The notes under the pieces are model-generated. The model did not search any database and was not told where the DNA came from. It worked only from the letters and a program-made list of their open reading frames with translations. This document shows, in pieces, positions 1 to 9,138 of a stretch of 64,000 nucleotides of DNA (position 1 is its first letter; every line of letters starts with the position of its first letter). Location: the IMG/VR virus record IMGVR_UViG_3300011113_000123, positions 93,581 through 157,580 of that record; one strand, given 5' to 3'. The stretch comes from a virus. The position numbers and the translations under genes are program-made.

Positions 1-272
1 AAGGCGGAAATTGCTTGATTAGAAAGTCTGCGTTAGATGAATTGGGTGGTTATGATACTTCTGTAGCTTTTTATGGTGAAGATACCATGACTGCGAAGAG
101 GTTAGAGCGTTATGGTAAAATCAAGTTCAATATGAAACTGAATCTTTTCTCATCAGCAAGAAGATTGGAAAAGCAAGGCGTTCTGAAGACAACATGGTTA
201 TATCTCGTGAACTATTTGTATGTGACTGTGAAGAACAAACCACATACTAACGAGTATAAGGACTTCAGATGA
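1..272 (+). CDS. Glycosyltransferase family 2, C-terminal part (truncated by window start)
   Basis: IRKSALDELGGYD...GED motif typical of the GT2 C-terminus. Confidence 0.7.
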   Translation, partial: GGNCLIRKSALDELGGYDTSVAFYGEDTMTAKRLERYGKIKFNMKLNLFSSARRLEKQGVLKTTWLYLVNYLYVTVKNKPHTNEYKDFR

Positions 273-1006
273 AATCTTATAAGACAGTGTTCATTTCCGA
301 CATTCATCTTGGCACTAAAATGTGCCAAGCACAAAATCTGCTAGAATTCTTCAAGACGTTTGAATGCGAAAGGATGTACCTTGTAGGAGACATCATTGAT
401 GGCTGGGCTATGCGAGGAAAGAAGTATTGGCCTCAACATCACAACGACGTTGTCCAGAAGTTACTAAGACGTGCAAGAAAAGGCACAGAGATTATCTATA
501 TTCCTGGTAATCACGACGAGTTCATGCGCGAATACTGCGATGCTGAGTTTGGTCATATGTTATTGCAGAAAGAAGCGGTGCATGTAGGCGTAGATGGTAA
601 GATCTACTACGTTACTCATGGCGATCAGTTCGATGTCGTGATCACGAACGCCAAATGGTTAGCACATCTCGGTTCGTGGGCATATGACGTAAGTATTATG
701 ATCAGCCTAGGATTGAATAAGATACGTCATGCTCTAGGTATGCCCTACTGGTCTCTATCTTCATACCTTAAGCAAACTGTGAAGGAGTCTGTGAACTTCA
801 TCGGCAACTACGAAGAGACGCTTTCAGACTATGTTAGTAAGAAGGGTTACAATGGTATTATTTGCGGTCATATACACCATGCTAATATTCGTGATATTAG
901 CAGCGTTAGATATATAAACTGCGGCGATTGGGTTGAAAGTATGACCGCTATCGTCGAGCATCATGATGGGCGTTTTGAACTAATAGAATGGAAATCAAAT
1001 GAATGA
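269..1006 (+). CDS. Metallophosphoesterase, UDP-2,3-diacylglucosamine hydrolase (LpxH-like) family
   Basis: SDIHLG, GDIID, GNHD, HGD, GHIH and NCGDW calcineurin-like motifs. Confidence 0.85.
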   Translation: MKSYKTVFISDIHLGTKMCQAQNLLEFFKTFECERMYLVGDIIDGWAMRGKKYWPQHHNDVVQKLLRRARKGTEIIYIPGNHDEFMREYCDAEFGHMLLQKEAVHVGVDGKIYYVTHGDQFDVVITNAKWLAHLGSWAYDVSIMISLGLNKIRHALGMPYWSLSSYLKQTVKESVNFIGNYEETLSDYVSKKGYNGIICGHIHHANIRDISSVRYINCGDWVESMTAIVEHHDGRFELIEWKSNE

Positions 1007-1190
1007 ATCCCTGATGAGCATCAATGAACGTTATAGCATGCTGCTCGATAAGTTTGAATCTATCCGCGCTAATGTTCATCTCGTTGCTGGTGAAGAGCTA
1101 GAGTTCGCTATGAAGGAAATGGATAAGATAGAAACTATCTTGAAACAGCTTGAGGACCTATACCCAGAGGACGTTTCACGCCATATATAA
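999..1190 (+). CDS. Hypothetical protein
   Basis: ORF packed between neighbouring genes. Confidence 0.55.
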   Translation: MNESLMSINERYSMLLDKFESIRANVHLVAGEELEFAMKEMDKIETILKQLEDLYPEDVSRHI

Positions 1191-1194
1191 CTGT

Positions 1195-1659
1195 ATGGCC
1201 AGTTATGATAATCCTTGGACTTTTAACGGAATAGAGTTTGACAGTGAAGATATCGGGAACTCCTATGGGTTTGTGTATCTTATTACGACGCCAGAAGGCC
1301 AGAAGTATGTCGGAAGAAAATACTTCTGGTCAGTCCGCAAAGTACGCGGAAAGAGTCGTCGCCAGCGATCTGAATCCGACTGGAAAACTTACTATGGATC
1401 CAGTGACGCCCTCAAGGCTAAGATCAAAGATTCTGACAAATCCCTCTTCAGACGCGAAATAATTTCTTTACATTCGACTAAAGGTGATGTGAACGTAACT
1501 GAAGTCCGACTACAATTTGTTATGAATGTGTTGGAGGACGAGTCTTTCATCAACGAAAATGTTAATGGTAAGTGGCATCGGCCTCCAGATCACATTGTCG
1601 CGAATCGTCGTATTTCTGCTGAGTACATGTTAATTTTTAGAAAGGATATAAATGTATAA
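1195..1659 (+). CDS. GIY-YIG endonuclease (T4 endonuclease II-like)
   Basis: GFVY...YVGRK and SDWKTYYGSS motifs; likely start is ATG 1195. Confidence 0.75.
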   Translation: MASYDNPWTFNGIEFDSEDIGNSYGFVYLITTPEGQKYVGRKYFWSVRKVRGKSRRQRSESDWKTYYGSSDALKAKIKDSDKSLFRREIISLHSTKGDVNVTEVRLQFVMNVLEDESFINENVNGKWHRPPDHIVANRRISAEYMLIFRKDINV

Positions 1660-1882
1660 GAAACGATCAGGTTTCGTTAATGGTAGACCATTATATGGCT
1701 GGTCGACTGGTAAGCAAACAAAACCGAATGATTATTATAATCCTTATAAGCGCGATCCACACTTTACTGGTGGAATGAACCGAAAGATACATGAAAGCAA
1801 AAAGAACGGTCTTTATTGGTTGACAGATGAAGAAAGAGAACGTATGATACAGGAGTATATGGAGAACAAAGAAAATGAGTGA
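1652..1882 (+). CDS. Hypothetical protein
   Basis: ORF with AAGGA RBS, coupled to neighbours. Confidence 0.55.
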   Translation: MYKKRSGFVNGRPLYGWSTGKQTKPNDYYNPYKRDPHFTGGMNRKIHESKKNGLYWLTDEERERMIQEYMENKENE

Positions 1883-2432
1883 AACCGATTCTCTGCCCTC
1901 GCATCTAGGCGGACATCTCAACAAGACGCATAACGATCGTGGTCTTCTCCAGTATCTTATTGGAGAATACAAAATCAAGTCGTTCCTTGACGTAGGTTGT
2001 GGTCCTGGTGGTATGGTCGCGCTCGCGGGAATGCGCGGGCTCGAAGCTGTTGGCATCGACGGCGACTGGGAAGTTCCTAAAGAGCCAGACACGAATATCG
2101 TTATCCACGACTTTACCACTGGTCCTTGCCTTCTGACGAAAGCTCAGTTTGATCTTGGTTGGTCTGTAGAGTTTCTAGAGCATGTCGAAGAGCGATACAT
2201 GGATAACTACATGGCTGCGTTCCAGCGATGCAAGTATGTTGTATGCACTGCTGCGCCGCCAGGCTATCCCGGGCATCATCACGTAAACTGTCAGACTGAG
2301 GAATACTGGATTAAGAAGTTCGACAGTTACGGATTCGATTTTGATCTGCAACAGACAGTTACAATCCGCGCAATGTCTACTATGCAAAAGCCGTTCATGC
2401 AAACCACAGGAATGTTCTACAGGAGACGATAA
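1875..2432 (+). CDS. Class I SAM-dependent methyltransferase
   Basis: LDVGCGPG motif I; EFLEHV. Confidence 0.85.
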   Translation: MSETDSLPSHLGGHLNKTHNDRGLLQYLIGEYKIKSFLDVGCGPGGMVALAGMRGLEAVGIDGDWEVPKEPDTNIVIHDFTTGPCLLTKAQFDLGWSVEFLEHVEERYMDNYMAAFQRCKYVVCTAAPPGYPGHHHVNCQTEEYWIKKFDSYGFDFDLQQTVTIRAMSTMQKPFMQTTGMFYRRR

Positions 2433-3139
2433 TGAACTACAACTCAATGGATGTCGCTTCAATTAGAAGCAAGATTGCGTATGACGAAGGTCTGCGCAAT
2501 TTCATGTTGCAAGTATATAACTACATGACGTTTGCGCTTGCGCTCAGCGGTCTCGTAGCACTCGGTGTATCTATGTCGCCGACGCTCATGGCTGGCATCT
2601 GGGGATCGCCGCTCAAGTGGGTTGTAGTGTTTGCTCCGTTGGCTATGAGCTTGGGCTTCATGTTCATGGTTGACAAGATGTCTTCGGCTACAGCCAGACT
2701 ATTCCTGTTTGCGTTTGCTGCTGCGATGGGATTGAGTCTCAGTTCTATCTTTGCCATCTATAAGATGGGTAGCATCATCCATGTGTTCTTTATCTCGGCT
2801 GCTACGTTCGGGGCTGCTTCGTTGTATGGTTACACAACGAAAAAGGACTTGACAAGCATGGGATCATTTTTTATAATGGGAGCTATTGGTATTGCTATCG
2901 CAAGCGTGGTTAATCTGTTCCTACAGAGTTCAGCCTTCGCTTTCGTTATCAGTATCCTTGCTGTTCTTGTGTTCACTGGCTTGACTGCGTATGATACTCA
3001 GCAGATCAAGCAAACGTATGATGAAACTGAAGGCGACGAGCGACAGAAGGCAGGCGTGATTGGTGCGCTGATGTTGTACATGGACTTTATCAACATCTTC
3101 GTCCATCTGCTACAGATCCTTGGAGATAAGAAAGAATGA
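2432..3139 (+). CDS. Bax inhibitor-1/YccA family membrane protein
   Basis: About 7 TM segments; YGYTTKKDL, TAYDTQ, LYMDFINIF motifs. Confidence 0.9.
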   Translation: MNYNSMDVASIRSKIAYDEGLRNFMLQVYNYMTFALALSGLVALGVSMSPTLMAGIWGSPLKWVVVFAPLAMSLGFMFMVDKMSSATARLFLFAFAAAMGLSLSSIFAIYKMGSIIHVFFISAATFGAASLYGYTTKKDLTSMGSFFIMGAIGIAIASVVNLFLQSSAFAFVISILAVLVFTGLTAYDTQQIKQTYDETEGDERQKAGVIGALMLYMDFINIFVHLLQILGDKKE

Positions 3140-3864
3140 TGGAACCTATTCGTATTTTCGTAGGCACCTCCTCTAACAACGAGGACGCCGAAGCTGAAAT
3201 GGTTCTGGAGTATACGCTCCGTAAGAACACCACAGTCCCTCTTGATATTACGTGGATGCGTCAGACCCACGACGAGAACAGCATCTGGGGTGGCTGGGAA
3301 ACTCGTCGTTGGTCGACTCCGTTCAGCGGATTCCGTTGGGCTATCCCTGAAGCATGTGATTTCACGGGACGAGCTATCTACATGGACGTAGATCAGCTGA
3401 ACCTGCGCGATATCTCAGATCTATTCTGTATTGACCTTGAGGGTCGTCCGATGGCTGCGCGTCGTGGTGCTCGCTTTGGTGGGCACGAGTTTTGTGTTAT
3501 CCTTATGGACTGCGAGAAGCTCGGTGACATGCTACAGCCAGCTGCACGAATGAAACGTAATGCAGACGCGCACCATCGTTATATCGGTATGTTCTCAGGA
3601 AGCGACTACGTTCTTGATCTAGATCCGCGTTGGAACTGTCATGATGGAGATGGTCGTGAGATTGCTGATATCTGGCATCTACATTATACCGACATGGCTA
3701 CGCAACCATGGAAGCCAGCCTGGTATACGGGCGTTCCATGCGAGCATCCGCGTCAGGACCTAGTTAAGTTGTGGCATGATACGCGAGCAGAAGCTGCTCT
3801 GAATGGTTGGGCTCCGCATCTCAATAATGAAGTTTATGGTGATTACAGGATTATTGGTCGATGA
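3136..3864 (+). CDS. Glycosyltransferase (GT-A, GT8-like)
   Basis: STPFSGFRWAIP, YMDVD (DxD), WN, HYT...QPW motifs. Confidence 0.7.
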   Translation: MMEPIRIFVGTSSNNEDAEAEMVLEYTLRKNTTVPLDITWMRQTHDENSIWGGWETRRWSTPFSGFRWAIPEACDFTGRAIYMDVDQLNLRDISDLFCIDLEGRPMAARRGARFGGHEFCVILMDCEKLGDMLQPAARMKRNADAHHRYIGMFSGSDYVLDLDPRWNCHDGDGREIADIWHLHYTDMATQPWKPAWYTGVPCEHPRQDLVKLWHDTRAEAALNGWAPHLNNEVYGDYRIIGR

Positions 3865-4580
3865 GACTATTTGCTTCATGCGATTCCGTTTATCTTAATC
3901 AACACGCTCCCGCGTTGATTGCTTCGGCTGCATATGCCGAGAACTCTATTCATCTGCATGTGATTCAGCCGAAGCATGAGGACTTTGAATTCCTAGATCA
4001 TTTGTCTTCACGATACAACAAGATCGTTGGTTGGCCTCAGAGCGAGTTTACATATTCGACTGCGCCTATGTGGACTGAAGCTAAAGAGAGCGAATCGCGT
4101 CGAACTGTGTATGCTACAGATCGTTTCCTTTCTGTCATGACGCAAATGATCGCACGACCAGATCAGTATCTTATCATTGATACTGACTGTCTCATCATGA
4201 AGCACATCAGCGAAAGTGATTTGCATGGTGATGTGGGTCTGTTCCTTCGTGATCCGCTGCCAGGAACTGTTGGATGGGAAGCGCAAGGTACTCGTTGTGC
4301 CGCAGGCGCAGTCTATTACTCTTCGCGTTCTATAGAGTTCGCTCAAGCTGTTGCTAAACGTATTCGTCAGGGTCCGCTCGCATGGTTCCTCGATCAGGTT
4401 GCTATCAGCGAAACGTATGCGGCGATGAAGGATCGTTATAGATATCAATACTTCGACGGAAACTTCATGGATTGGGAGTTCAAGGAAGGAACGACGATCT
4501 GGACAGGCAAGGGTCCACGCAAGTATGATAATCCAACGTATGTGGCTAAGAAGTGTTATTACGACGGGATGATGAGATGA
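3861..4580 (+). CDS. Putative glycosyltransferase-like protein
   Basis: IDTD (DxD), WFLDQ, IWTGKG; glycan gene context. Confidence 0.5.
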   Translation: MRLFASCDSVYLNQHAPALIASAAYAENSIHLHVIQPKHEDFEFLDHLSSRYNKIVGWPQSEFTYSTAPMWTEAKESESRRTVYATDRFLSVMTQMIARPDQYLIIDTDCLIMKHISESDLHGDVGLFLRDPLPGTVGWEAQGTRCAAGAVYYSSRSIEFAQAVAKRIRQGPLAWFLDQVAISETYAAMKDRYRYQYFDGNFMDWEFKEGTTIWTGKGPRKYDNPTYVAKKCYYDGMMR

Positions 4581-5536
4581 GGAAGATTGCGTTTTTGTTT
4601 CCACGCCTTGACGTTACTTTCAAGGAAGGTCATGTTCCCCAAGCGAGAGGACCGATTCCTCCGATTCGTGTTCACTGGCAGAAACTAGCTGATCGCGTTG
4701 TAAACGCACATCGCCTTAAAGGTGATATGGTGCAGTTCATTGAAAAGCCCTTGTGGCAGTTTACTACGGAGTTCGTGGAATCATTAGACGTTGATATCGT
4801 ATACGTTCCGCATAAGTCAACGGACACGTTCCCAGTCTTTAATAAGGAAGTCCGTTATTATATGCAATCAGTGTTCCCTTTCCAGTTCTATATCGACTCG
4901 AAGGGGTTCGCTGGTGGCGCTTCAAGATATCCGTTTGACTTTGATCGGGATCGTGAAGTGCCGCATGGTAGCTTCTATTCTCAGATGATCGCTCGCGCGC
5001 TCACGGGAGAAAGTAAGTTCGATCAGCCATCTAAAAAGAATCTAAGCCTACCCAACGATTTCGTTCTGTATCTGTGTCAGATCCCGCATGATGAGACTAT
5101 CAAGTATCATTCAAACGTAACTGTCGAACAAGCAGTTGAAACAACTTGTAAGGCTACAGAACAGCTAAATATCCCACTATACGTTAAGGGTCATCCAGTC
5201 AATCCCATGAGCATGGTCAATCTTATGACCATCGCTTCGCGATATAGACACACCAGATGGATTGAGGATGTTAACATTCATGATTTGATCCCTCACGCGC
5301 GAGCAGTCGTAGTCGTGAACTCTGGAACTGGTATGGAGACGCTACTTCATAAGCGTCCTATTGTTACTTTCGGGCGTTGTGAGTATGATTGTGTGAGTAA
5401 TCAAGCTACGACTGATAACATCGTCGATATCCTCAGGGATCCTAAATTCGACGAGAAAGAAGTACGAGCGTTTTTCGAGTCGTGGTACGAATGGACCTAC
5501 GACACAAGAAACAGTAAATCTTTTGAACGACTTTAG
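4577..5536 (+). CDS. Capsule polysaccharide biosynthesis protein (KpsS/KpsC-like)
   Basis: QIPHD, VKGHP, VVVNSGTGMETLL..RPIVTFG motifs. Confidence 0.7.
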   Translation: MRKIAFLFPRLDVTFKEGHVPQARGPIPPIRVHWQKLADRVVNAHRLKGDMVQFIEKPLWQFTTEFVESLDVDIVYVPHKSTDTFPVFNKEVRYYMQSVFPFQFYIDSKGFAGGASRYPFDFDRDREVPHGSFYSQMIARALTGESKFDQPSKKNLSLPNDFVLYLCQIPHDETIKYHSNVTVEQAVETTCKATEQLNIPLYVKGHPVNPMSMVNLMTIASRYRHTRWIEDVNIHDLIPHARAVVVVNSGTGMETLLHKRPIVTFGRCEYDCVSNQATTDNIVDILRDPKFDEKEVRAFFESWYEWTYDTRNSKSFERL

Positions 5537-5545
5537 GAGGCTAAC

Positions 5546-5911
5546 ATGGCATATTGGGGATACCATCTTCTTCTAGATTGCGCAGAACTTGACAACGCAG
5601 CAATCACGAGCTATGATACTATCTACGCTTTCACGAAGCGCCTCGTCAACGATATCGACATGGTTGCTTACGGTGAGCCACAGATCGTAAACTTTGGATC
5701 TGGTAATAAGGCTGGATACACTCTTGTTCAGCTGATTGAAACATCTAACATCGTTGCTCACTTCGTACCTGATGATGGTATGGGTGGAAACGCAATGTAC
5801 CTTGACGTTTTCTCTTGTAAGGAGTATGATGATCAAGTTGTTATCGCTTTGGTCAAGGAATATTTTGGCGCTAAGTATGTTCGTCCGAACTTCTTGACAA
5901 GACAAGCGTGA
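5546..5911 (+). CDS. speD: S-adenosylmethionine decarboxylase family pyruvoyl proenzyme
   Basis: WGYHLLLD, GYTLVQLIETSNIVAH, YLDVFSC. Confidence 0.8.
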   Translation: MAYWGYHLLLDCAELDNAAITSYDTIYAFTKRLVNDIDMVAYGEPQIVNFGSGNKAGYTLVQLIETSNIVAHFVPDDGMGGNAMYLDVFSCKEYDDQVVIALVKEYFGAKYVRPNFLTRQA

Positions 5912-5936
5912 CGCGGTACAATGAACAATAAAGATT

Positions 5937-6011
5937 GCGGGTATAACTCAGAGGTAGAGTGTCAGCCTTCCAAGCTGTTCGTCGCAGGTTCGAATCCTGT
6001 TGCCCGCTCCA
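5937..6011 (+). tRNA. tRNA-Gly(TCC)
   Basis: Cloverleaf, CT-TCC-AA loop, U73, encoded CCA. Confidence 0.95.
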
Positions 6012-6124
6012 ACTTTCTTGACTGGTGTAAAATCACTATGTCATTGATCCTCTGCAACTGGATGGCTATCTCTGCTGGCATCATGTTGTGGATTTATAAT
6101 GTTGTCTTCAACTAAGGAGTAAAT

Positions 6125-6652
6125 ATGAAGAATACAGTTATTGCGTTCGCTCTGCTGGCTAGCACTGTTGCTGCTAATGCTACAGACATCTCAAGCATTC
6201 CTTCGCGTCTGAGCCCTGCCGCTCCAGTTGCTGCGCTCGTATCTCCGCCTAAGTTTTGGGTCGGCGTCAACGGCGGTGCTTCTGTAACTAATGGTCTCAA
6301 CTCCGATTCTCCGTGGAACGTCGGTGCTGTCGCTGGATATAACTTCTTGAGCTTTGGTCCAGTTTCTGTCGGAGCGGAAGCCGCATATGACTACGTCAAG
6401 GGTGGTACTCAGGAAGTTGGTGGCAATGCAGTCGCTTCTGTCGGTATTGGTTTATTCTCACCATATGCTCTCGGCGGCATTGGATATCGTTGGACCGACT
6501 TTGGTAACGAGCGTATCTGGACTGTTGGTGCGGGTCTGAAGTATTCTATCGCTCGTAATCTCGAGGTTGATACTCGTTATCGTCGTATCGAAAACTGGGA
6601 TCGCACGAATCATGATGATCGTGTAACTCTCGGCGTGAACTACAAGTTCTGA
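6125..6652 (+). CDS. Outer-membrane beta-barrel protein (Omp25/RopB-like)
   Basis: Signal peptide, Pro/Ala linker, amphipathic strands, C-terminal GVNYKF BAM signal. Confidence 0.8.
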   Translation: MKNTVIAFALLASTVAANATDISSIPSRLSPAAPVAALVSPPKFWVGVNGGASVTNGLNSDSPWNVGAVAGYNFLSFGPVSVGAEAAYDYVKGGTQEVGGNAVASVGIGLFSPYALGGIGYRWTDFGNERIWTVGAGLKYSIARNLEVDTRYRRIENWDRTNHDDRVTLGVNYKF

Positions 6653-6771
6653 TGGCACAGGCCGCATATATAATTGCGGCTCTGCTGTTCTTGACGGCTG
6701 GGCTTATGCTTTGGATAGCATTCGGTCCAGCCGTTTTCCTTTCCTATCTAGCGTATTCGTTCATGTGCTAA
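6652..6771 (+). CDS. Small membrane protein (39 aa)
   Basis: MAQAAYIIAALLFLTAGLMLWIAFG..., TGATG coupling; below the ORF-track cutoff. Confidence 0.45.
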   Translation: MAQAAYIIAALLFLTAGLMLWIAFGPAVFLSYLAYSFMC

Positions 6772-6772
6772 T

Positions 6773-6850
6773 GCCCGCGTAGGCCAACTGGTTAGAGTCA
6801 AGAGACTTAAAATCTCTAAAGTGTCGGTTCGAATCCGACCGCGGGTACCA
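6773..6850 (+). tRNA. tRNA-Leu(TAA), short variable loop
   Basis: AGAGA-CTTAAAA-TCTCT arm, A73, CCA. Confidence 0.9.
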
Positions 6851-7002
6851 TAGCTTTGGCTAGACCATAACGGAAGCGTAACAATAGGGGGGCCCTTGAC
6901 AATTATCCCCTTACCCGCTAGAATCAGTAAATGGATAGCACCCCGCTACCCCCACCCTATAGCTACGCCCTAGCTATAGCTACCCCGTATAAGGATTTTC
7001 TT

Positions 7003-7152
7003 ATGGACCTCGAGTCAATCTACCGCGATTTTCAAGCCCTCGCTTCTGTAGCTGAAAAGGTTACGTTCCTTAAGCAATTAGCTACGCTTAACCTGCCCTA
7101 CGATATCAATTACGAAGCGCTCATTTCCGCTTGGGAACGTAACGAAAATTGA
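7003..7152 (+). CDS. Hypothetical protein
   Basis: ATG 7003 after AAGGA; promoter TTGACA-N17-TAGAAT upstream. Confidence 0.5.
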   Translation: MDLESIYRDFQALASVAEKVTFLKQLATLNLPYDINYEALISAWERNEN

Positions 7153-7262
7153 TACAAAAAAGTTGAAAAAACTCCAAAAAACTTTTCCGAGTAAAATCAG
7201 TGACTTAGTGCTAACCCTTTGTTTTTACAAGGCTTGACAACCAGCCTGATACCGTATACAAT
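7139..7262 (+). promoter_or_regulatory. GTAAC-N7-GATAC box, phased A-tracts, IHF-like sites and sigma70 promoter (copy 1)
   Basis: GTAACGAAAATTGATAC 7139-7155; AATCAGTGACTTA 7195-7207; TTGACA 7234, TACAAT 7257. Confidence 0.6.
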
Positions 7263-7296
7263 CATATATGTAAGGTCGAGTTAAGGAGTTCAGCGT

Positions 7297-7401
7297 ATGT
7301 CAGCCACCGATATCCTAGTCGTGTTCAGCCCCCTCCTCGTTCTGGTCACGATCATGTTCATCGGGTTTACCTACGTTCATTACCTCGATAACCGCCCTTG
7401 A
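7297..7401 (+). CDS. Small single-TM protein (34 aa)
   Basis: AAGGAG RBS; MSATDILVVFSPLLVLVTIMFIGFTYVHYLDNRP. Confidence 0.55.
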   Translation: MSATDILVVFSPLLVLVTIMFIGFTYVHYLDNRP

Positions 7402-7460
7402 CAATCTTTCTAGCGCCCGCTAGAATCAATAATGTACCAACTTGTGGAGACCTGTATATC

Positions 7461-8057
7461 ATGGCTATCAAACTCAACCCCGCTAAAGCTCAGTTCGTTA
7501 TCGATCTGCTCAAGTCTAACTCCAACCGCTTCACGCCTGCTCAGCTTCTGTCTGCGACTGGTAACGAGCGTCGCGCTCGCTCCGCTCTCAGCCATGCTCG
7601 TATGGCTGGCATTGTGCTCGAGGCTGTCCGCGACAGCGGTCGTGCAGTGACTGCGTATGTCGCGAACGGATCGCTCCCCTCGCTTCCTGCGAGCGCTGCG
7701 AAAGCGTCTCGTGCGAAGTCCGCTAAGTCTGCGAAGACTGCTCGCGTAGCTGCGACTCCCAAGGTCAAGGCTGCACCTGCGGTCAAGACCAAGCGTGTCG
7801 CTAAGGCTAAGGCTGCTCCCGCCGCTGCTCCCGTCAAGTCTGACGAGGAAGTTGCTGCGATCAAGGCTAAGAATCTCGAGACTATGCGCGAGGTTTCTCA
7901 GCGTCACGCCAAGTTCGAGGATCGTCTGACCCCCGAGCAGCGCGCGATCCGCAAGGAGTTCTACGCCGAGGAAGAAGCCATCGCTCGTATGGAAGAGCAG
8001 GCTGCGTTGCGCGCCAACGCTCCGTCCTTCCTGTTCAAGGAATCGTATTCCGAGTGA
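7461..8057 (+). CDS. Early protein with histone H1-like Ala/Lys/Pro-rich segment
   Basis: GGAG RBS, upstream TTGACA promoter; AKSAKSAKTARVAATPKVKAAPAVK region. Confidence 0.65.
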   Translation: MAIKLNPAKAQFVIDLLKSNSNRFTPAQLLSATGNERRARSALSHARMAGIVLEAVRDSGRAVTAYVANGSLPSLPASAAKASRAKSAKSAKTARVAATPKVKAAPAVKTKRVAKAKAAPAAAPVKSDEEVAAIKAKNLETMREVSQRHAKFEDRLTPEQRAIRKEFYAEEEAIARMEEQAALRANAPSFLFKESYSE

Positions 8058-8139
8058 TCGCTTGATTTAACAGTACCACGGGCCCTTGACAACCATATCT
8101 GCCCGTGGTATCATTAAATCAAGTTCAATGAGGTTCGCT

Positions 8140-8781
8140 ATGATCAAGTTGTCCAAGGCTTCTAAGATGCCTGCCAAGTCCTGGTCGCTGCAAGCTCGCA
8201 AGACCTGCCCTGGCTCTATCGATCCTAACACGAAGCAGCCTGTTGCTGTTTGTGCTGGCTGCTACGCCGCTGAGGGTTTCTATATGATGCCCGACGCGAT
8301 CGCTGTTCGTGAGCACAATCGTGAGGATTGGAAGCGGGCTGAGTGGGTCGATGATATGGTCCACGAGCTGCGTCGGCAGAAGTTCTTTCGCTGGTTTGAT
8401 AGCGGTGACGTATATCATCCTGCGCTTGCGTTCAAGATCCTTCTCGTGATGCAGAAGACGCCTCACGTGAAGCATTGGCTGCCTACCAAGTCGTACAAGA
8501 TCCCGCGCATCCGCGCGATCCTTGAGCGTATGAAGTTGCTGCCTAACGTTTCTGTTCGCTACTCGTCCGACTCTATGACTGGCGAGTACGATGCTGATCA
8601 CGGCTCGACGGTTATCCCGTTCGCTGACTCAGTGACCAGCGCGAGCAAGGTGTGTGATGCGTATGAGCGTTCCGGTAAGTGTGGCGACTGTCGCGCATGC
8701 TGGAGCAAGGAAGTCAGCGTCGTAGCGTATCCCGCTCACGGTCGTCGTATGGGTCGTATCGTAAAGGAACTCGCAGCATGA
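8140..8781 (+). CDS. Phage gp88-like protein (radical-SAM-related)
   Basis: LSKASKMP..SWSL, CPGS...CAGCYA, FRWFDSGD, HWLPT, CGDCRACW. Confidence 0.7.
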   Translation: MIKLSKASKMPAKSWSLQARKTCPGSIDPNTKQPVAVCAGCYAAEGFYMMPDAIAVREHNREDWKRAEWVDDMVHELRRQKFFRWFDSGDVYHPALAFKILLVMQKTPHVKHWLPTKSYKIPRIRAILERMKLLPNVSVRYSSDSMTGEYDADHGSTVIPFADSVTSASKVCDAYERSGKCGDCRACWSKEVSVVAYPAHGRRMGRIVKELAA

Positions 8782-8981
8782 CTTGGGTCGCAAAGCCTTA
8801 TCTGAATCGTAACACGGGTATGAAAGAGTTCGAAGATGCTCCGTCAGCCGTGAAGTACCTTGAAGACTTCACTGGCTTCAAGATGGACTACGAAATTAAT
8901 CGCAAGACTAAGGAGAGGTCCTATGGCTGGGAGCTATGTGGAAAACTCTACAAAAAGATCGAGAAATCCGGTCGCGCGTGA
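8778..8981 (+). CDS. Hypothetical protein
   Basis: ATGA overlap, AAGGA RBS. Confidence 0.5.
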   Translation: MTWVAKPYLNRNTGMKEFEDAPSAVKYLEDFTGFKMDYEINRKTKERSYGWELCGKLYKKIEKSGRA

Positions 8982-9081
8982 GTTGCGCACGACTAAATAT
9001 CGCGCTCGTGTAGTACGTTCGCGAAAGCAGTATAAGCGAAAGGGTCGCGTAGCTCAGCAGGATAGAGCAACAGACTTCTAA
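8923..9081 (+). CDS. Small basic protein resembling ribosome rescue factor ArfA; 3' end overlaps tRNA-Arg
   Basis: AAGGAGAGG RBS; RNPVARELRTTKYRARVVRSRKQYKRKG. Confidence 0.55.
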   Translation: MAGSYVENSTKRSRNPVARELRTTKYRARVVRSRKQYKRKGRVAQQDRATDF

Positions 9082-9119
9082 TCTGTGGGTCGAAAGTTCG
9101 AATCTTTCCGCGATCACCA
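9043..9119 (+). tRNA. tRNA-Arg(TCT)
   Basis: ACAGA-CTTCTAA-TCTGT, CCA. Confidence 0.95.
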
Positions 9120-9138
9120 CTTGACAATGGAGACGAAA

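Noticed and set aside
5921-6115. 64-aa ORF spanning tRNA-Gly
   Set aside because: Its N-terminal half is tRNA sequence; at most a short peptide from 6038 is plausible.
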